Counted from the first letter of the stretch, positions 18,129 to 28,483 are shown. The stretch: DNA of 32,000 nt from Synechocystis sp. PCC 6803 substr. PCC-P (GCF_000284455.1 NC_017039.1:3000001-3032000), one strand, 5' to 3'. A program made the numbers and translations. Notes: a model not told the origin generated them from the sequence alone.

Positions 18129-19649
18129 ATGGTTAAAAATCAAGGGGCTTGGCTATCTCGGGGACTGTGGAGCGTACTGATTTGGGGCGCTATGGCAACG
18201 GTCTGCCGAGCAGAAACTATTCCCTTTACCCTGCTCCAGCTTAACGATGTGTATGAAATTGCCCCCATTGATAACGGCCGTTGGGGCGGTTTGGCCCGGG
18301 TGGCTAATTTACGCCAACAGCTAGAACAAGCTGATCCCCACACCTACACCGTGTTAGCAGGGGATTTCCTCAGTCCTTCTGCCTTGGGCACAGCCCTTTA
18401 CAATGGCGATCGCCTGGCGGGGAAACAAATGGTGGCGGTGTTGAATGCCATGGGGTTAGACTATGCAGCGGTGGGAAACCATGAATTCGATGTTAATGCC
18501 CAACAATTTCAGCAACGGATTACGGAGTCAGATTTTCAGTGGTTATCGGCCAATATTGCTGATGGTACCGGCAATCAGTTTGAGGGCATCAAACCCTACG
18601 AAATTTTAACTATTCCTGGAACGGAAGGGGGAGAATTAAAAGTGGGCATTTTGGCCCTGACCATTGACAGCAATGCGGTGGACTATGTCACCTACAGCGA
18701 TCCCATCGCCACGGCCCGCCGCTACATAGACAATCCCCAAGGGGAAGTGGATGTTTGGGTGGCCCTGACCCACCTGTCCCTGGCCCAGGATTTGGCCTTG
18801 GCCCAAGCTATTCCCGAATTAGATCTGATTTTGGGGGGCCATGAACACGAAAATATCCAGCGCAACCATTTAATTATCAAGCCCGACAGTTCTGCAAGTT
18901 GTCCCCAGGCCAAAACGCCAATTTTTAAGGCCGATGCCAATGCCCGCACGGTTTACATTCACCAATTAACCTACGACACGAACCGGCAATGTTTACAAAT
19001 TAATTCCCAACTGCAACCCATCACTGCGGCGATCGCCAGTGATCCGGCCACCGAAAAAGTGGTTCAGCAATGGCAGGAAATTGGCTTTAATGCGTTTCGT
19101 CAACAGGGATTTGAACCAATGGCCGTTGTGGTCAACTCTCCCATCGCCTTAGATGCCCTCGATGCCCATGTACGCAGTGGCTCCACCAATCTCACCCGGT
19201 TAATTACCAGGGCCATGGAGCAGGAAAACCCCGATGTGGCCATGGTGATGTTTAACGGTGGCATGGTGCGCCTTGATGATCTCCTCAGTGCCGGAGCCAT
19301 CACTCAATACGATATTATTCGCCTCCTACCTTTTGGGGGTCGGGTAGTGACAGTGGAGATACAAGGGGATTTGTTACAAAAAGTTCTGGCCCAGGGAGAA
19401 AAAAATAGTGGTACCGGTGGTTATCTCCAGCTAGGGGGCATGGCTCCCAACAGTATTGAGCCAAGCAAAACTTACCGGGTGGCGTTAATGGAATATTTGT
19501 TAAGCGGTCAGGAGGTGGGCTTGGATTACCTGACGACAAATACCCCTGGGTTGAAGGTGATTAACTATGGCCGGGATATTCGCTCGATTTTGGTGGATTA
19601 TCTACAAAACAATGCCCAGCAAGCTTTTACCGATTTGGGGGAGTTGTGA
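18129..19649 (+). CDS. 5'-nucleotidase / metallophosphoesterase family protein, probably secreted
   Basis: 'FTLLQLNDVYEIAPIDNGRWGGLARVANL', 'AAVGNHEFDVN', 'LILGGHEHENIQRN', C-terminal 'FNGGMVRLDDLLSAGAITQYDIIRLLPFGG'. Confidence 0.92.
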   Translation: MVKNQGAWLSRGLWSVLIWGAMATVCRAETIPFTLLQLNDVYEIAPIDNGRWGGLARVANLRQQLEQADPHTYTVLAGDFLSPSALGTALYNGDRLAGKQMVAVLNAMGLDYAAVGNHEFDVNAQQFQQRITESDFQWLSANIADGTGNQFEGIKPYEILTIPGTEGGELKVGILALTIDSNAVDYVTYSDPIATARRYIDNPQGEVDVWVALTHLSLAQDLALAQAIPELDLILGGHEHENIQRNHLIIKPDSSASCPQAKTPIFKADANARTVYIHQLTYDTNRQCLQINSQLQPITAAIASDPATEKVVQQWQEIGFNAFRQQGFEPMAVVVNSPIALDALDAHVRSGSTNLTRLITRAMEQENPDVAMVMFNGGMVRLDDLLSAGAITQYDIIRLLPFGGRVVTVEIQGDLLQKVLAQGEKNSGTGGYLQLGGMAPNSIEPSKTYRVALMEYLLSGQEVGLDYLTTNTPGLKVINYGRDIRSILVDYLQNNAQQAFTDLGEL

Positions 19650-19720
19650 ACAAATAAACTTTTGGTTACGCAGATTCCATCCCAATTGAAATAACTATGT
19701 TGAAACAACTATCAAAGTAG

Positions 19721-20236
19721 TTAGTCCGGGTACCAAAACATGCCCTTAATGCCTTCTGGGTCGAGCACAAAGCCCAAACGCCGGTAAAAATCCACCACCT
19801 GGGGATCGGCGAACAGGGTGATATTGCTAATGTCGTAATGGCGTAATTTACGGATGATGTATTGCATCAGGGCCTTACCCAAGCCCTTGCTCTGAAGACT
19901 AGGATGGATCACCACGTCCCACACGGTGGCATTGAAAGCATGGTCGGAAGTAGCCCTGGCAAACCCCACCAATCGACGCCGATTGCCCTGCATTTCCCAC
20001 ATGGTAACCACCAAAAAACTACACTCTACGGCCTTTTTGACTTTGCGAATTGGCCGCCGGGCCCAGCCCACCGCATCACATAATTCCTCCAGCTCGTAAA
20101 GGTCAATGTCCCGCTCAGTGGTGAAAAATATCCGGGCTTTATCGCCGTTATCGGTGGGAAATTCTTCTGCCCCCGTTGGGCCCAGGGATGGTGAACTAGT
20201 TGAATCGGGATTAAAAAAGCGTTTCCAAAAAACCAT
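19721..20236 (-). CDS. GNAT family N-acetyltransferase
   Basis: '[51 protein letters not shown]'. Confidence 0.9.
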
Positions 20237-20359
20237 GCCGTTGGGCGTTCAAGAACAAGCTGGGGTGGACAAACGGAAAAACGGTGGGGGCAATGAAAAT
20301 GGTGATAATTACCTTCAAACCTTAAGTATAAGCTTTGATCGCTTCCCCCTGGTGAATCT

Positions 20360-22099
20360 CTAAAAGCCCAAATCCTCCCTGGCGATCGCCGCTTCGGCCA
20401 ATACTTCAGCATCGGTCTTGTTTGGCCAATCTTGGCAACCAATTTCACTGTAAAACTGCTGGTCGTAGGGCCGGGTCCGCACCACCACCGGCATGGGTAC
20501 TGCATGGCCTAACACTAAAGCCTGTTGTTTGGAATCTAGTTTGGCCAGCACAGAGCGTAAATTTTGCCCCCCCGCCACCCCGGTAAAAATGGCTTCAATG
20601 TCCTTTTCGTCGTTGAGTAGACAGGTAATACGGGTGCCAATTTGGGACATAACTTCATTGTCAATGCCCGATGGCCGCTGGTCCACCACCAACAAAGTAA
20701 CAAAGTATTTCCGCATTTCCCTGGCAATGGTGCCAAAAATAGTCTGGTGGACAATGGCAGAATCCAAAAAGCGGTGGGCTTCTTCAATGGTAATTACCAA
20801 TTGCCTGGGGCGATCGCCAACGTGTTTAGTTTGGAGAAATTTTTCTGCTTTTTTAACGTAAATGCTATGGATACGCCTGGTGATCATATTGGTGGCCAGC
20901 ATATAGGAAAGCAAATTAGACTGGGAGCCAAATTCAATTACCACATGTTTGCCTGCTTCTAAACATTGCAACAGTTGGTCGATGTAATTATGGGTGCTGA
21001 CTTGTTTGAGATATTTTAAATTTTCTAGTCGTTTTAACTTGCGTTGCAAAGACATGATGGAGCCGGGGTGCCCTTGTTTTTCTTCACAAAAAACCTTAAT
21101 TTCTTCATTGCTCATCACCAGTAAACGGGAAATCCAACTAGAGCCAAACTCAGAAAATAAAATATTGGCATTGTCCAACGCCGCCTCTGACAAACCTAAC
21201 TCAAAACCAACTAAACGAATATCTTCAATTTCAATTTGATCAAAACTTAAATAGAGTTCCTGGGCTCCCCTCACTCCCCGTCGCTTGGTGGACTCCGCAT
21301 CGAGGGTAAAAATTTCCACTTCCCCCGGAAACAATTGCCGCAGACCCTTAACAGTGGAAACGGTTTTGCCTTCCCTCATCGCCTCCCAACCATACTCCGA
21401 GTGCATGTCAAACATCAAATTGACCGCCGCCTGTTTGTGGATAATGCCAGAAATTAATAATCTGGTTAAAAAAGATTTCCCTGTACCCGATTTGCCAAAA
21501 ACTCCATTGCTCCGTTCCACAAAACGGTCTAAATCTAAACACACTGGCACCGCCATATCCAACGGTTCCCCAATGGCAAAATTGCGTCGAAACGGATCAT
21601 CTTCCCAACCAAATACCAAACGAAAATCCCTTTCACTGGCTTCAAAAACCTGGCTGAAATGGGCCGGAATAGTTTTCACCGGCAGTAATTCCACGTCTGC
21701 ATTACTATTAGCTTGATAGGAAGCCAAACCATTGCCATTACTCTGGCGATCGCCTTGACCGTTCATCTGTTCAACTGAACTTTCCCCATAACTCGAGTCC
21801 TTTTCTGACTCCGTTAACATTAACATGGGTGCTAATTCTAACGTGCCGTAGGTGCCACTGCCGGCCAATACATCAATTAAAAAATCATCGTTAATGTTAG
21901 GGGGATTAGCCAAAATCCTTGGATTTGCCGTTCCTAAAGAAACATCGGTGAGCAAACAAAAAAAGCGCGATCGCCTACCCTGAATAACTAAAAATTTCCC
22001 CACCCGCATTTCTTCCACGGAAACATCCGCATGGAGACGCACTTCCAAGCCTTTACTGAGGGAACCTTGGGTAACGGAGCCGAGGGCATGGTCTGACAT
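20360..22099 (-). CDS. HerA-like / DUF87 ATPase
   Basis: Walker A 'SNGVFGKSGTGKSFLTRLLISG', 'NLMFDMHSEYGWE', Walker B-like 'QLVITIEEAHRFL', sensor/arginine region 'FVTLLVVDQRPSGIDNEVMSQIGTRITCLL'. Confidence 0.9.
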   Translation of the reverse strand: MSDHALGSVTQGSLSKGLEVRLHADVSVEEMRVGKFLVIQGRRSRFFCLLTDVSLGTANPRILANPPNINDDFLIDVLAGSGTYGTLELAPMLMLTESEKDSSYGESSVEQMNGQGDRQSNGNGLASYQANSNADVELLPVKTIPAHFSQVFEASERDFRLVFGWEDDPFRRNFAIGEPLDMAVPVCLDLDRFVERSNGVFGKSGTGKSFLTRLLISGIIHKQAAVNLMFDMHSEYGWEAMREGKTVSTVKGLRQLFPGEVEIFTLDAESTKRRGVRGAQELYLSFDQIEIEDIRLVGFELGLSEAALDNANILFSEFGSSWISRLLVMSNEEIKVFCEEKQGHPGSIMSLQRKLKRLENLKYLKQVSTHNYIDQLLQCLEAGKHVVIEFGSQSNLLSYMLATNMITRRIHSIYVKKAEKFLQTKHVGDRPRQLVITIEEAHRFLDSAIVHQTIFGTIAREMRKYFVTLLVVDQRPSGIDNEVMSQIGTRITCLLNDEKDIEAIFTGVAGGQNLRSVLAKLDSKQQALVLGHAVPMPVVVRTRPYDQQFYSEIGCQDWPNKTDAEVLAEAAIAREDLGF

Positions 22100-22335
22100 A
22101 AATTCTGGGGCGGGTCAAAAATGGGGACAACGGTGGCGATCGGTTAATATTCAAACCTTGTGGTTAGTACTATTTTGTCATCCTACCACCTTAACCTCAT
22201 CTATCTTGCGTAAGTCCTGACGAACTGATTATTGATTTACAGAGCTTTCGTCTCTTCATTGCTATGTAAATTTTTGCTAATCTTGAGATGCCATTGCTTC
22301 TATCATAGTCATTTTTCATAAACTAGACCTGAGAA

Positions 22336-23574
22336 TTATTCATTCGGCTCTTGAGTTGCACCACATTCTTTACAATGGGGCAAATGTTGATAAGTAAGGG
22401 CATGACAGCTCACGCATTCAACATATTGATAATAACCACAGTGGGGACAATAGGAATCCTGGGGACGAATTCGCTTTGCACACTTTACACAACTGGATTT
22501 TTGAAATCGTTTAGCTGCTTGACTTTTAGAATTAAAAACAACCCTTTGGAAAAATTTGATAACTCCAAATCCCACTAAAGGAATAAGTAGAATATATAGG
22601 TAACTAATAGCAAAAATTAATCCACCAAAGACAGCTTGAACAAAATTTAAAATGAGGTCAAAAATAAGACCAAATTGTAGAAATTCAAAGACCTTTAAAA
22701 TTAGCGGTATAAGAAAAATAACTAGCAGGTGCCAACTAATCAAAGCTACTAATCCATAGCCTTTTTTCACTGCAACGCTATGAACCCAAAGAGCAGTTAA
22801 AATTAGGGGGGTTAAAAAGAGAGCCTGGAAAAAAAAACGAATAGTGGGATACCAAAATACTGCATTGATATAACTCTGATTTAATTCCTCCCAGATATCT
22901 TTTTGATTAATAAATTTAAGGAAATTAATGCTTTCTGGCTTTGCCAAAATTTGCTGTTCTAAGCTAGCAATTTCTTGTTCAAGGCTAGCGATTTTAGCAA
23001 TATTTTGATTTAATTGTTGCTTGGCTTTTTCTGGGGGAGTTTGATTAATTGAATTTTCTTTGCCTTGACCAGCAATTTTTTCTAATAGTGTCGAGTCATA
23101 TTGGGAACGAATGGTATTATTAGATTCTTCAAGCTCATTAATTTGAGCTACGGTCTGGTTAATTTTGATAATAAAATTTTGATTGTCAGTGGTTTGAATT
23201 TTATCGTGATATTGGGCGTAGGTTAAACAAACTTGGCTAACTTGACCAAGATGGCCTCTTTCTGATTCTCTGAAACTCTTCTCTAAACTGTATTGATCAA
23301 TAGGGTCAGTGGCAATAGCTTCGCGAATAATTTGAAGGTTTTTGTCAGAAATGGTTTGGCTTTGATAATTTTGCCAAGAAGCATGGCAAGGATAAGCTAA
23401 ATTAGGGGCAAGATACCATTGGCCAATATCTTCTATTCCATTAAAAACATTGATAAGGATAAAAATATCAATAAGAATGATTACGATTAAGCTAACCTTG
23501 TTGAGAGGTTCATTCTTAACTGTTCTGGATTTATTCCAGAATTGATCAAATAGCCGACGAATGGAATTAAACAT
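22336..23574 (-). CDS. Polytopic membrane protein with central coiled coil and C-terminal double zinc ribbon
   Basis: Hydrophobic helices near the N-terminus and in the C-terminal half. Long Gln/Glu-rich coiled segment (AKQQLNQNIAKIASLEQEIASLEQQILAK). C-terminal 'CVKCAKRIRPQDSYCPHCGYYQYVECVSCHALTYQHLPHCKECG'. Confidence 0.75.
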   Translation of the reverse strand: MFNSIRRLFDQFWNKSRTVKNEPLNKVSLIVIILIDIFILINVFNGIEDIGQWYLAPNLAYPCHASWQNYQSQTISDKNLQIIREAIATDPIDQYSLEKSFRESERGHLGQVSQVCLTYAQYHDKIQTTDNQNFIIKINQTVAQINELEESNNTIRSQYDSTLLEKIAGQGKENSINQTPPEKAKQQLNQNIAKIASLEQEIASLEQQILAKPESINFLKFINQKDIWEELNQSYINAVFWYPTIRFFFQALFLTPLILTALWVHSVAVKKGYGLVALISWHLLVIFLIPLILKVFEFLQFGLIFDLILNFVQAVFGGLIFAISYLYILLIPLVGFGVIKFFQRVVFNSKSQAAKRFQKSSCVKCAKRIRPQDSYCPHCGYYQYVECVSCHALTYQHLPHCKECGATQEPNE

Positions 23575-24063
23575 GGGGGTAATTAATTGTTACGTTAAGT
23601 TTTTAAATTAAACGTGGGAAGCCATGACCCAGTATCATGAATAAAAATCAGAATTGCCCCAGGGTTATTGCTAGGCAAAGTAAGGATAGGGATCTTCGCT
23701 TTTGCCCGGTTTCAATTGCCAAAACTAATTAGTTTATTAATTGTGCCATCTAATTTGTTATCCCCTACCATTCTGGCAAATAGCTTAACAATTTTTTTCA
23801 AATACTTGCTTTTTTTTAACTAGCTCCGAGAATTACTCCGGCGATCGCCATAATCTCATTAGCTAGAAAACTAGGAGTGCCTAACAACAGACTTACCCGG
23901 ATGGAGTTACAGTTTTGTTAAGATTAGTTACAGGTTAATCCGGCAGGGAAAAGTTAATATTCTTGACGACATTGCAAGAACGGTCGAGTTAATGCCACAT
24001 AACAAATTAAATGTAGTAGACAAAGAACAGAGTTAGGATACAAACCTTGAAATACCATCTACC

Positions 24064-25485
24064 ATGGAGCACAAGCCAAACGAGTTTGTGAAACGAGCCA
24101 TGAAAATCGATATCATTATTGTCTACATTCAGCGATATCGAAAGGGACATGAGGTTCATTTTGTCCCGCCGCTGACTGGTATCCATCTTGCTGCCCTGAC
24201 CCCGGCAAAACATACTGTTCGAGTTATTCACCAACAGGTTGAAACCGTAAATCTAGACAGCGAAGCTGATGTAATTGTCCTCTCCTTCTTCAGTGGTTTT
24301 GCCCCGGAAGCATATCGCTTAGCAACGGAATATCGAAAACGGGGCAAGATAACAATCGCGGGTGGTCCTCATGTAACTTTTGCCCCAGAGGAAGCTCTGA
24401 GATTTGTGGATAGTATTGTCATCGGCGAAGGGGAGTCGGTCTGGGAGCAAATTTTCCAAGATATCGAACAGAACACTCTTCAGCAGCGATATATTGGTGA
24501 AGCAATTCCCCTCACAAATATCCCCACTCCCCGGTACGACCTGTTACCTCCGCAGTACTTCATTCGACGGGTTGTTCAAGCCACTAGAGGATGTCCATTT
24601 ACCTGCTCATTCTGCACTGTACCCGTTCTCAATCCCGGCTTTCGTACTCGCCCTGTCGAGGCGGTGCTGAACGACATCCGATACAACAAATTCAAATGGT
24701 GGTGGCAACGAAAAACTGTCTGGTTTTGGGATGATAATTTGACGGCAAATAGACCCTATATCAAAGAACTTCTGCGCCAGATGATACCCCTGCGAAAGTG
24801 GTGGTTGACCCAAGCAAGTATGGATATTACCAAGGATGACGAGCTGTTAGATTTAATGCGAGACTCTGGTTGCATCGGAATTTTTTTCGGGATTGAGTCA
24901 TTTGGCCAGGAATCCTTGGAGGATGCGGGAAAACGCCAAAACAAAGTCGCAGAATATCAAGGCAAAATCAAAAAATTGCATGACCGTGGCATTGGCGTGA
25001 TGGCTGGTTTTATTTCCGGTTTGGATGGAGATACCCCAGAAAGCATCCGGGATATGGCCAACCAACTGGAGGAAATTGGTGTTGATGTGCCATTTTTGAG
25101 CATTCTTACTCCTTTTAAAGGCACGCGTTCATACTCAAAGATGATGGATACGGATCGGTTGCGTTCGGATTTGGGGTGGGAGTTTTACAATGGCTATAAT
25201 GTCACATTCGTGCCCAGTAAAATGACCCCTGCAGAGCTTTTAAAAGCCCACCGAGATTTGTGGAGATCAGCCTTTAGCCTGCAAGCAATCTTTCGTCGGA
25301 TTGGTAGATCCTTATTTACTTTGCGCGGGGGGGCAATGATGATGTGTAGCATCATGAATCTCTTCTACGGGCTAAAAGCTCTCACAAATAATGAACCGAT
25401 TAGCTTTGAAGGAACGGATGAATATAAATCAATTCGGGAAACTATCGATTTGATTCCATACAGTCGCCAGAATTCACTAAGTTGA
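24064..25485 (+). CDS. B12-binding-domain radical SAM protein
   Basis: '[16 protein letters not shown]' cluster motif, N-terminal cobalamin-binding-like domain '[14 protein letters not shown]...[35 protein letters not shown]', '[17 protein letters not shown]'. Confidence 0.9.
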
Positions 25486-25700
25486 TGAGCGCCAACATCT
25501 TTGCTGGTTACTAATGGAAAGCAAAGTCCACCCCGCTAAAACTTAGTTTTTTGTGGGGTCATTGGTCATGGCGATCGCCAAAAACTCTACTATGGGTCAA
25601 CCCTTAACTGTTTTGATTAGCGACAAACCGATCAACCAGTTCAACATCAATAAATTGTCTTGATCAGCTCAGGGGCCAGCAGAATCCCTCCCAAAATAGA

Positions 25701-25949
25701 AGATGTTAATTGTCCTTGACCTCCTCCTTGAGTGTCAATTTTTGTTCGTTTTATCTATTTTTTTAGGGCACTTTTCGTCAAACCTATTTCCCTTGCTATT
25801 TGGCTTATAGGCTTTCCTGAATCTTCGACAATTTTTACTGTCTCCGATTTCTGTTCATCTGTAAATGTTCGTCTTCGTTTTTGGCTCATTTGGACATTCT
25901 CCTTGATTTTCGACTCTTTGGATTTGTCCACTTTTTTCAGTCAAGTTCA
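25701..25949 (-). mobile_element. IS3-family insertion sequence relic (5' end plus start of orfA)
   Basis: The minus strand encodes MSQKRRRTFTDEQKSETVKIVEDSGKPISQIAREIGLTKSALKK-TAG-IKRTKIDTQGGGQGQLTS, a typical IS3-family OrfA HTH N-terminus. It is preceded by a TGAACTTGACTGAAAAAAGTGGACA-like terminal sequence; no downstream OrfA/OrfB or second end found. Confidence 0.7.
25755..25889 (-). pseudogene. Truncated IS3-family OrfA (44 codons, then in-frame TAG where Trp is expected)
   Basis: Manual translation of the reverse complement; coding resemblance resumes in the same frame after the TAG. Confidence 0.7.
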
Positions 25950-26075
25950 GTCCTCGTTAAGGGTAGGGAAATGAATTTGTGAAGAAAGAATTCCTTGACT
26001 AGGGCTAAAAATAGGTGGCGTTTGATAGACCGTTAATTGCGATAAAACTTGAATAACAGGTTGAATTGCACTCAT
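25947..26075 (-). pseudogene. Small ORF apparently truncated by the IS3 relic
   Basis: MSAIQPVIQVLSQLTVYQTPPIFSPSQGILSSQIHFPTLNED then TGA supplied by the IS end (TGAACTTGACTG). Purine-rich GAGGA just upstream of the ATG. Confidence 0.4.
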
Positions 26076-26153
26076 TGTGATATTCCTCGTCTTTGGCAGA
26101 ACTGTAGAGTTATCGGCCCATGGGGGAAAAGTTATTCAATGTACCTCAACAAA

Positions 26154-26271
26154 ATTAATTTACTGGGCTGAAATCCTTACCCTATCAAAGCTTTGGACAT
26201 TAATATTTCACTATTAATTTACTGGGCTGAAATCCTTACCCTATCAAAGCTTTGGACATTAATATTTCACT
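26154..26271. repeat. Exact 2-copy tandem duplication, 59-bp unit
   Basis: ATTAATTTACTGGGCTGAAATCCTTACCCTATCAAAGCTTTGGACATTAATATTTCACT occurs at 26154-26212 and again at 26213-26271 with no mismatches. Confidence 0.95.
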
Positions 26272-26328
26272 TATCTAGGGCTCATTCAATGGGAGAGAAA
26301 AAATATTTTACTGATTTTGCATAACTTT

Positions 26329-27309
26329 TTAGCCCCGCCCCCGATAACTATTTGACGGTGGATCAAATCCTGGACCCGAGGCGATCGCCTGTTGGAAGGA
26401 AAGTTGCAGATCGGGGATAGTTACCCCCTGTCGTCCTGCAAATAACATCGCTGCTAGTTCTTGGCCATAGGAGGCTTCACTGTGGCCAGAGTAAACAAAC
26501 AGATCAAAACCTGGCGATCGGCGCAGAGTACGACTAAGTTGGCCATAGTCTGGCTGTAATAGTTCGGTAACTTGCACCCTCAAGCCCCTATTTTTAGTCA
26601 AATTAGCCAATATCTGGCGATCGGGTTCGAGGTCAATGCCATCACTGTTGCCAATCAGATGCAAAATTCGCAGTTCAGGGCATAGGTAACGGTGGAGCTT
26701 GGCGGTGAAATTAGTGGGATGGGTAACGGAAGTTGGGGCAGGAGTGAACGAGTATTGACAGGTATTAACCGCACAATGGATTTTTGGTGAGGCTGATTGC
26801 AGTAGGGGCCATTCCTGCCAGGGTAATTTAGCTAAAATCGCCGCTGTTTCTGGGCTGGTTTGATACAGAGATTGACCTATCTGCAAAATCAACAAAGTTT
26901 CCCCATCGGACTGGGAAAGACAGCGCAGTATTTCCTTTTCTAAATTTTGCCAAGCGGGTAGGGAAGAACTCAACCATTGCACCATGGCTTGGCGGAGGAG
27001 CTTTCTTTCCGTTCCCTGGCCTTGATACTGGTAACTGGTGGCAACGGCTTGGGTGCTAATGATCCTAATGCCCCGACGGCGATGGGCTTGCCCAGGGCGA
27101 GGACTGGTGATTTCCAAAGCCCAATCTTGGTACAGCTCCGCTAAGGGGGAAGTTATGGGGGGTAAAGTGCCGTAGAAATCCCTTTGCACCGTGGTGACCG
27201 AGGAACCATCTATCCGTTCCACATCCAACGCCACCGTAAAACCAGACTGAAAATCACCATTAATGACCTTGAGCAGAAGAAATTGCATTGCCATCAGATT
27301 TTTTTGCAC
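26329..27309 (-). CDS. CHAT-domain-like protein, C-terminus apparently truncated
   Basis: 'LRILHLIGNSDGIDLEPDRQIL...FDLFVYSGHSEASYGQ...VTIPDLQLSFQQAIASG' resembles the N-terminal half of a CHAT domain (His motif). It ends before the expected '(A/I)FNSCDG' Cys block. Confidence 0.65.
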   Translation of the reverse strand: MQKNLMAMQFLLLKVINGDFQSGFTVALDVERIDGSSVTTVQRDFYGTLPPITSPLAELYQDWALEITSPRPGQAHRRRGIRIISTQAVATSYQYQGQGTERKLLRQAMVQWLSSSLPAWQNLEKEILRCLSQSDGETLLILQIGQSLYQTSPETAAILAKLPWQEWPLLQSASPKIHCAVNTCQYSFTPAPTSVTHPTNFTAKLHRYLCPELRILHLIGNSDGIDLEPDRQILANLTKNRGLRVQVTELLQPDYGQLSRTLRRSPGFDLFVYSGHSEASYGQELAAMLFAGRQGVTIPDLQLSFQQAIASGPGFDPPSNSYRGRG

Positions 27310-27310
27310 C

Positions 27311-28483
27311 CTAAAGATGAATATCTTCCGTTACAGCTAATTCTCCCAGGGATACCCGAATGCGAAAATCACTGCCGGGGTCAATCTCTAGGCTCATTTT
27401 GAGGAGATTTTTTCCCCCTTGTTCTTCCTCTCCAACCCCAATACTGTCAATTAACTGGTCATCGGTGGTTAACAATGCCAATGCTAATCCTGCCGGTAAA
27501 GTTTGTGTTGATTGCAAAGGTTGCAACGTAATCAAACCGGCAATGGTATGGTCACCCCTAGGCATCAAAGAAACGGTTAACGTCAACGGGATTTGCCCTA
27601 AAGCCAGGTCATGGGCAATGGTTTTGGTAACACTATGCACCGCCTGGGGATGTTTGGCATCAATGCGGGCTAGGGTGCCAGCGGCTAACCAGCGGGTATC
27701 TTCATTGTTCGTGCCATCAATGATTTCCACCAATTTGGCGATCGCCTGGGGTTGATCATTTTCGGTGGCTAATTCCCCCAGAGTAATAATTAATCTTTGC
27801 TTGGTAGCCTCATCCTTGGCTCCCTGAAATTTGTCGATAATGCGCTCCACTGTGCCCAAGCTACGGACAGGAATTAACTGGGGTACCCATTGCTCCGTTC
27901 CCAACTGCCAAGTGGTAGTGGTAACCCGTTCCACCCAAGTTTGAATCACGTCTGTCACCCGATTAACGGCATTTTGCACTACTTCCACTGGGGCGAGAAC
28001 CATTGAAGCTTGTTCCGCAGTGGCAATAACCCGGAATAGTCCTTCTATGGGTTGTAACTGTTGTTTAGGCACTATTTCCGCAGTAAAAGATTCTAAAAAA
28101 CCGAATATTTCCCCTTGGCGCAGGTCTTCACTAATTTCCACCACCGCATAGCCTAATCTGTCCTGCCAACTTTCCGCCCCAAAATAAATTTCCTCTTCTT
28201 GGTGACCAATGCCCCGACATTCCAAACGACCGAGATTAGGTAGGTAAAGATCAGCCACTGTTTCCCCTAAATGGATTGGTGGTTGACGGCTATAACTTTC
28301 CCCCTCGTCATAATCAATGCCGTAGATCTCCAACCAATGGGCGATCGCCCTAACGGCCAAAAGGTTTTTAATGAGCCGTTGAAGTTTTTCTCCCTGGCAA
28401 CCAGATTGGAGGGCAATGGTTTTCACCCATTGATGATCCGCTGAAGTTAGGGGAATTTTCAAATTATTATCGATGGCAACCAT
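27311..28483 (-). CDS. DUF1822 family protein
   Basis: 'LKIPLTSADHQWVKTIALQSG...VRAIAHWLEIYGID...LYLPNLGRLECRGIG' is typical of cyanobacterial DUF1822 proteins. Stop is 1 nt from the downstream CHAT-like ORF. Confidence 0.8.
   Translation of the reverse strand: MVAIDNNLKIPLTSADHQWVKTIALQSGCQGEKLQRLIKNLLAVRAIAHWLEIYGIDYDEGESYSRQPPIHLGETVADLYLPNLGRLECRGIGHQEEEIYFGAESWQDRLGYAVVEISEDLRQGEIFGFLESFTAEIVPKQQLQPIEGLFRVIATAEQASMVLAPVEVVQNAVNRVTDVIQTWVERVTTTTWQLGTEQWVPQLIPVRSLGTVERIIDKFQGAKDEATKQRLIITLGELATENDQPQAIAKLVEIIDGTNNEDTRWLAAGTLARIDAKHPQAVHSVTKTIAHDLALGQIPLTLTVSLMPRGDHTIAGLITLQPLQSTQTLPAGLALALLTTDDQLIDSIGVGEEEQGGKNLLKMSLEIDPGSDFRIRVSLGELAVTEDIHL

Noticed and set aside
17922-18180. Two opposing ~74-aa ORFs between the TVP38-family and nucleotidase genes
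   Set aside because: Low-complexity AT-rich composition and mutual overlap; one runs into the nucleotidase start. No motif support.
19721-22099. HerA/DUF87 ATPase plus GNAT protein as a possible defence system (HerA-type)
   Set aside because: No partner nuclease (Sir2, DUF4297 or NurA type) lies next to the ATPase, and the neighbouring genes look like ordinary chromosomal ones.
25732-25974. 80-aa plus-strand ORF (MSIFVRFIYFFRALFVKP...)
   Set aside because: It is the antisense of the IS3 OrfA relic and terminal sequence on the minus strand; its composition is non-protein-like.
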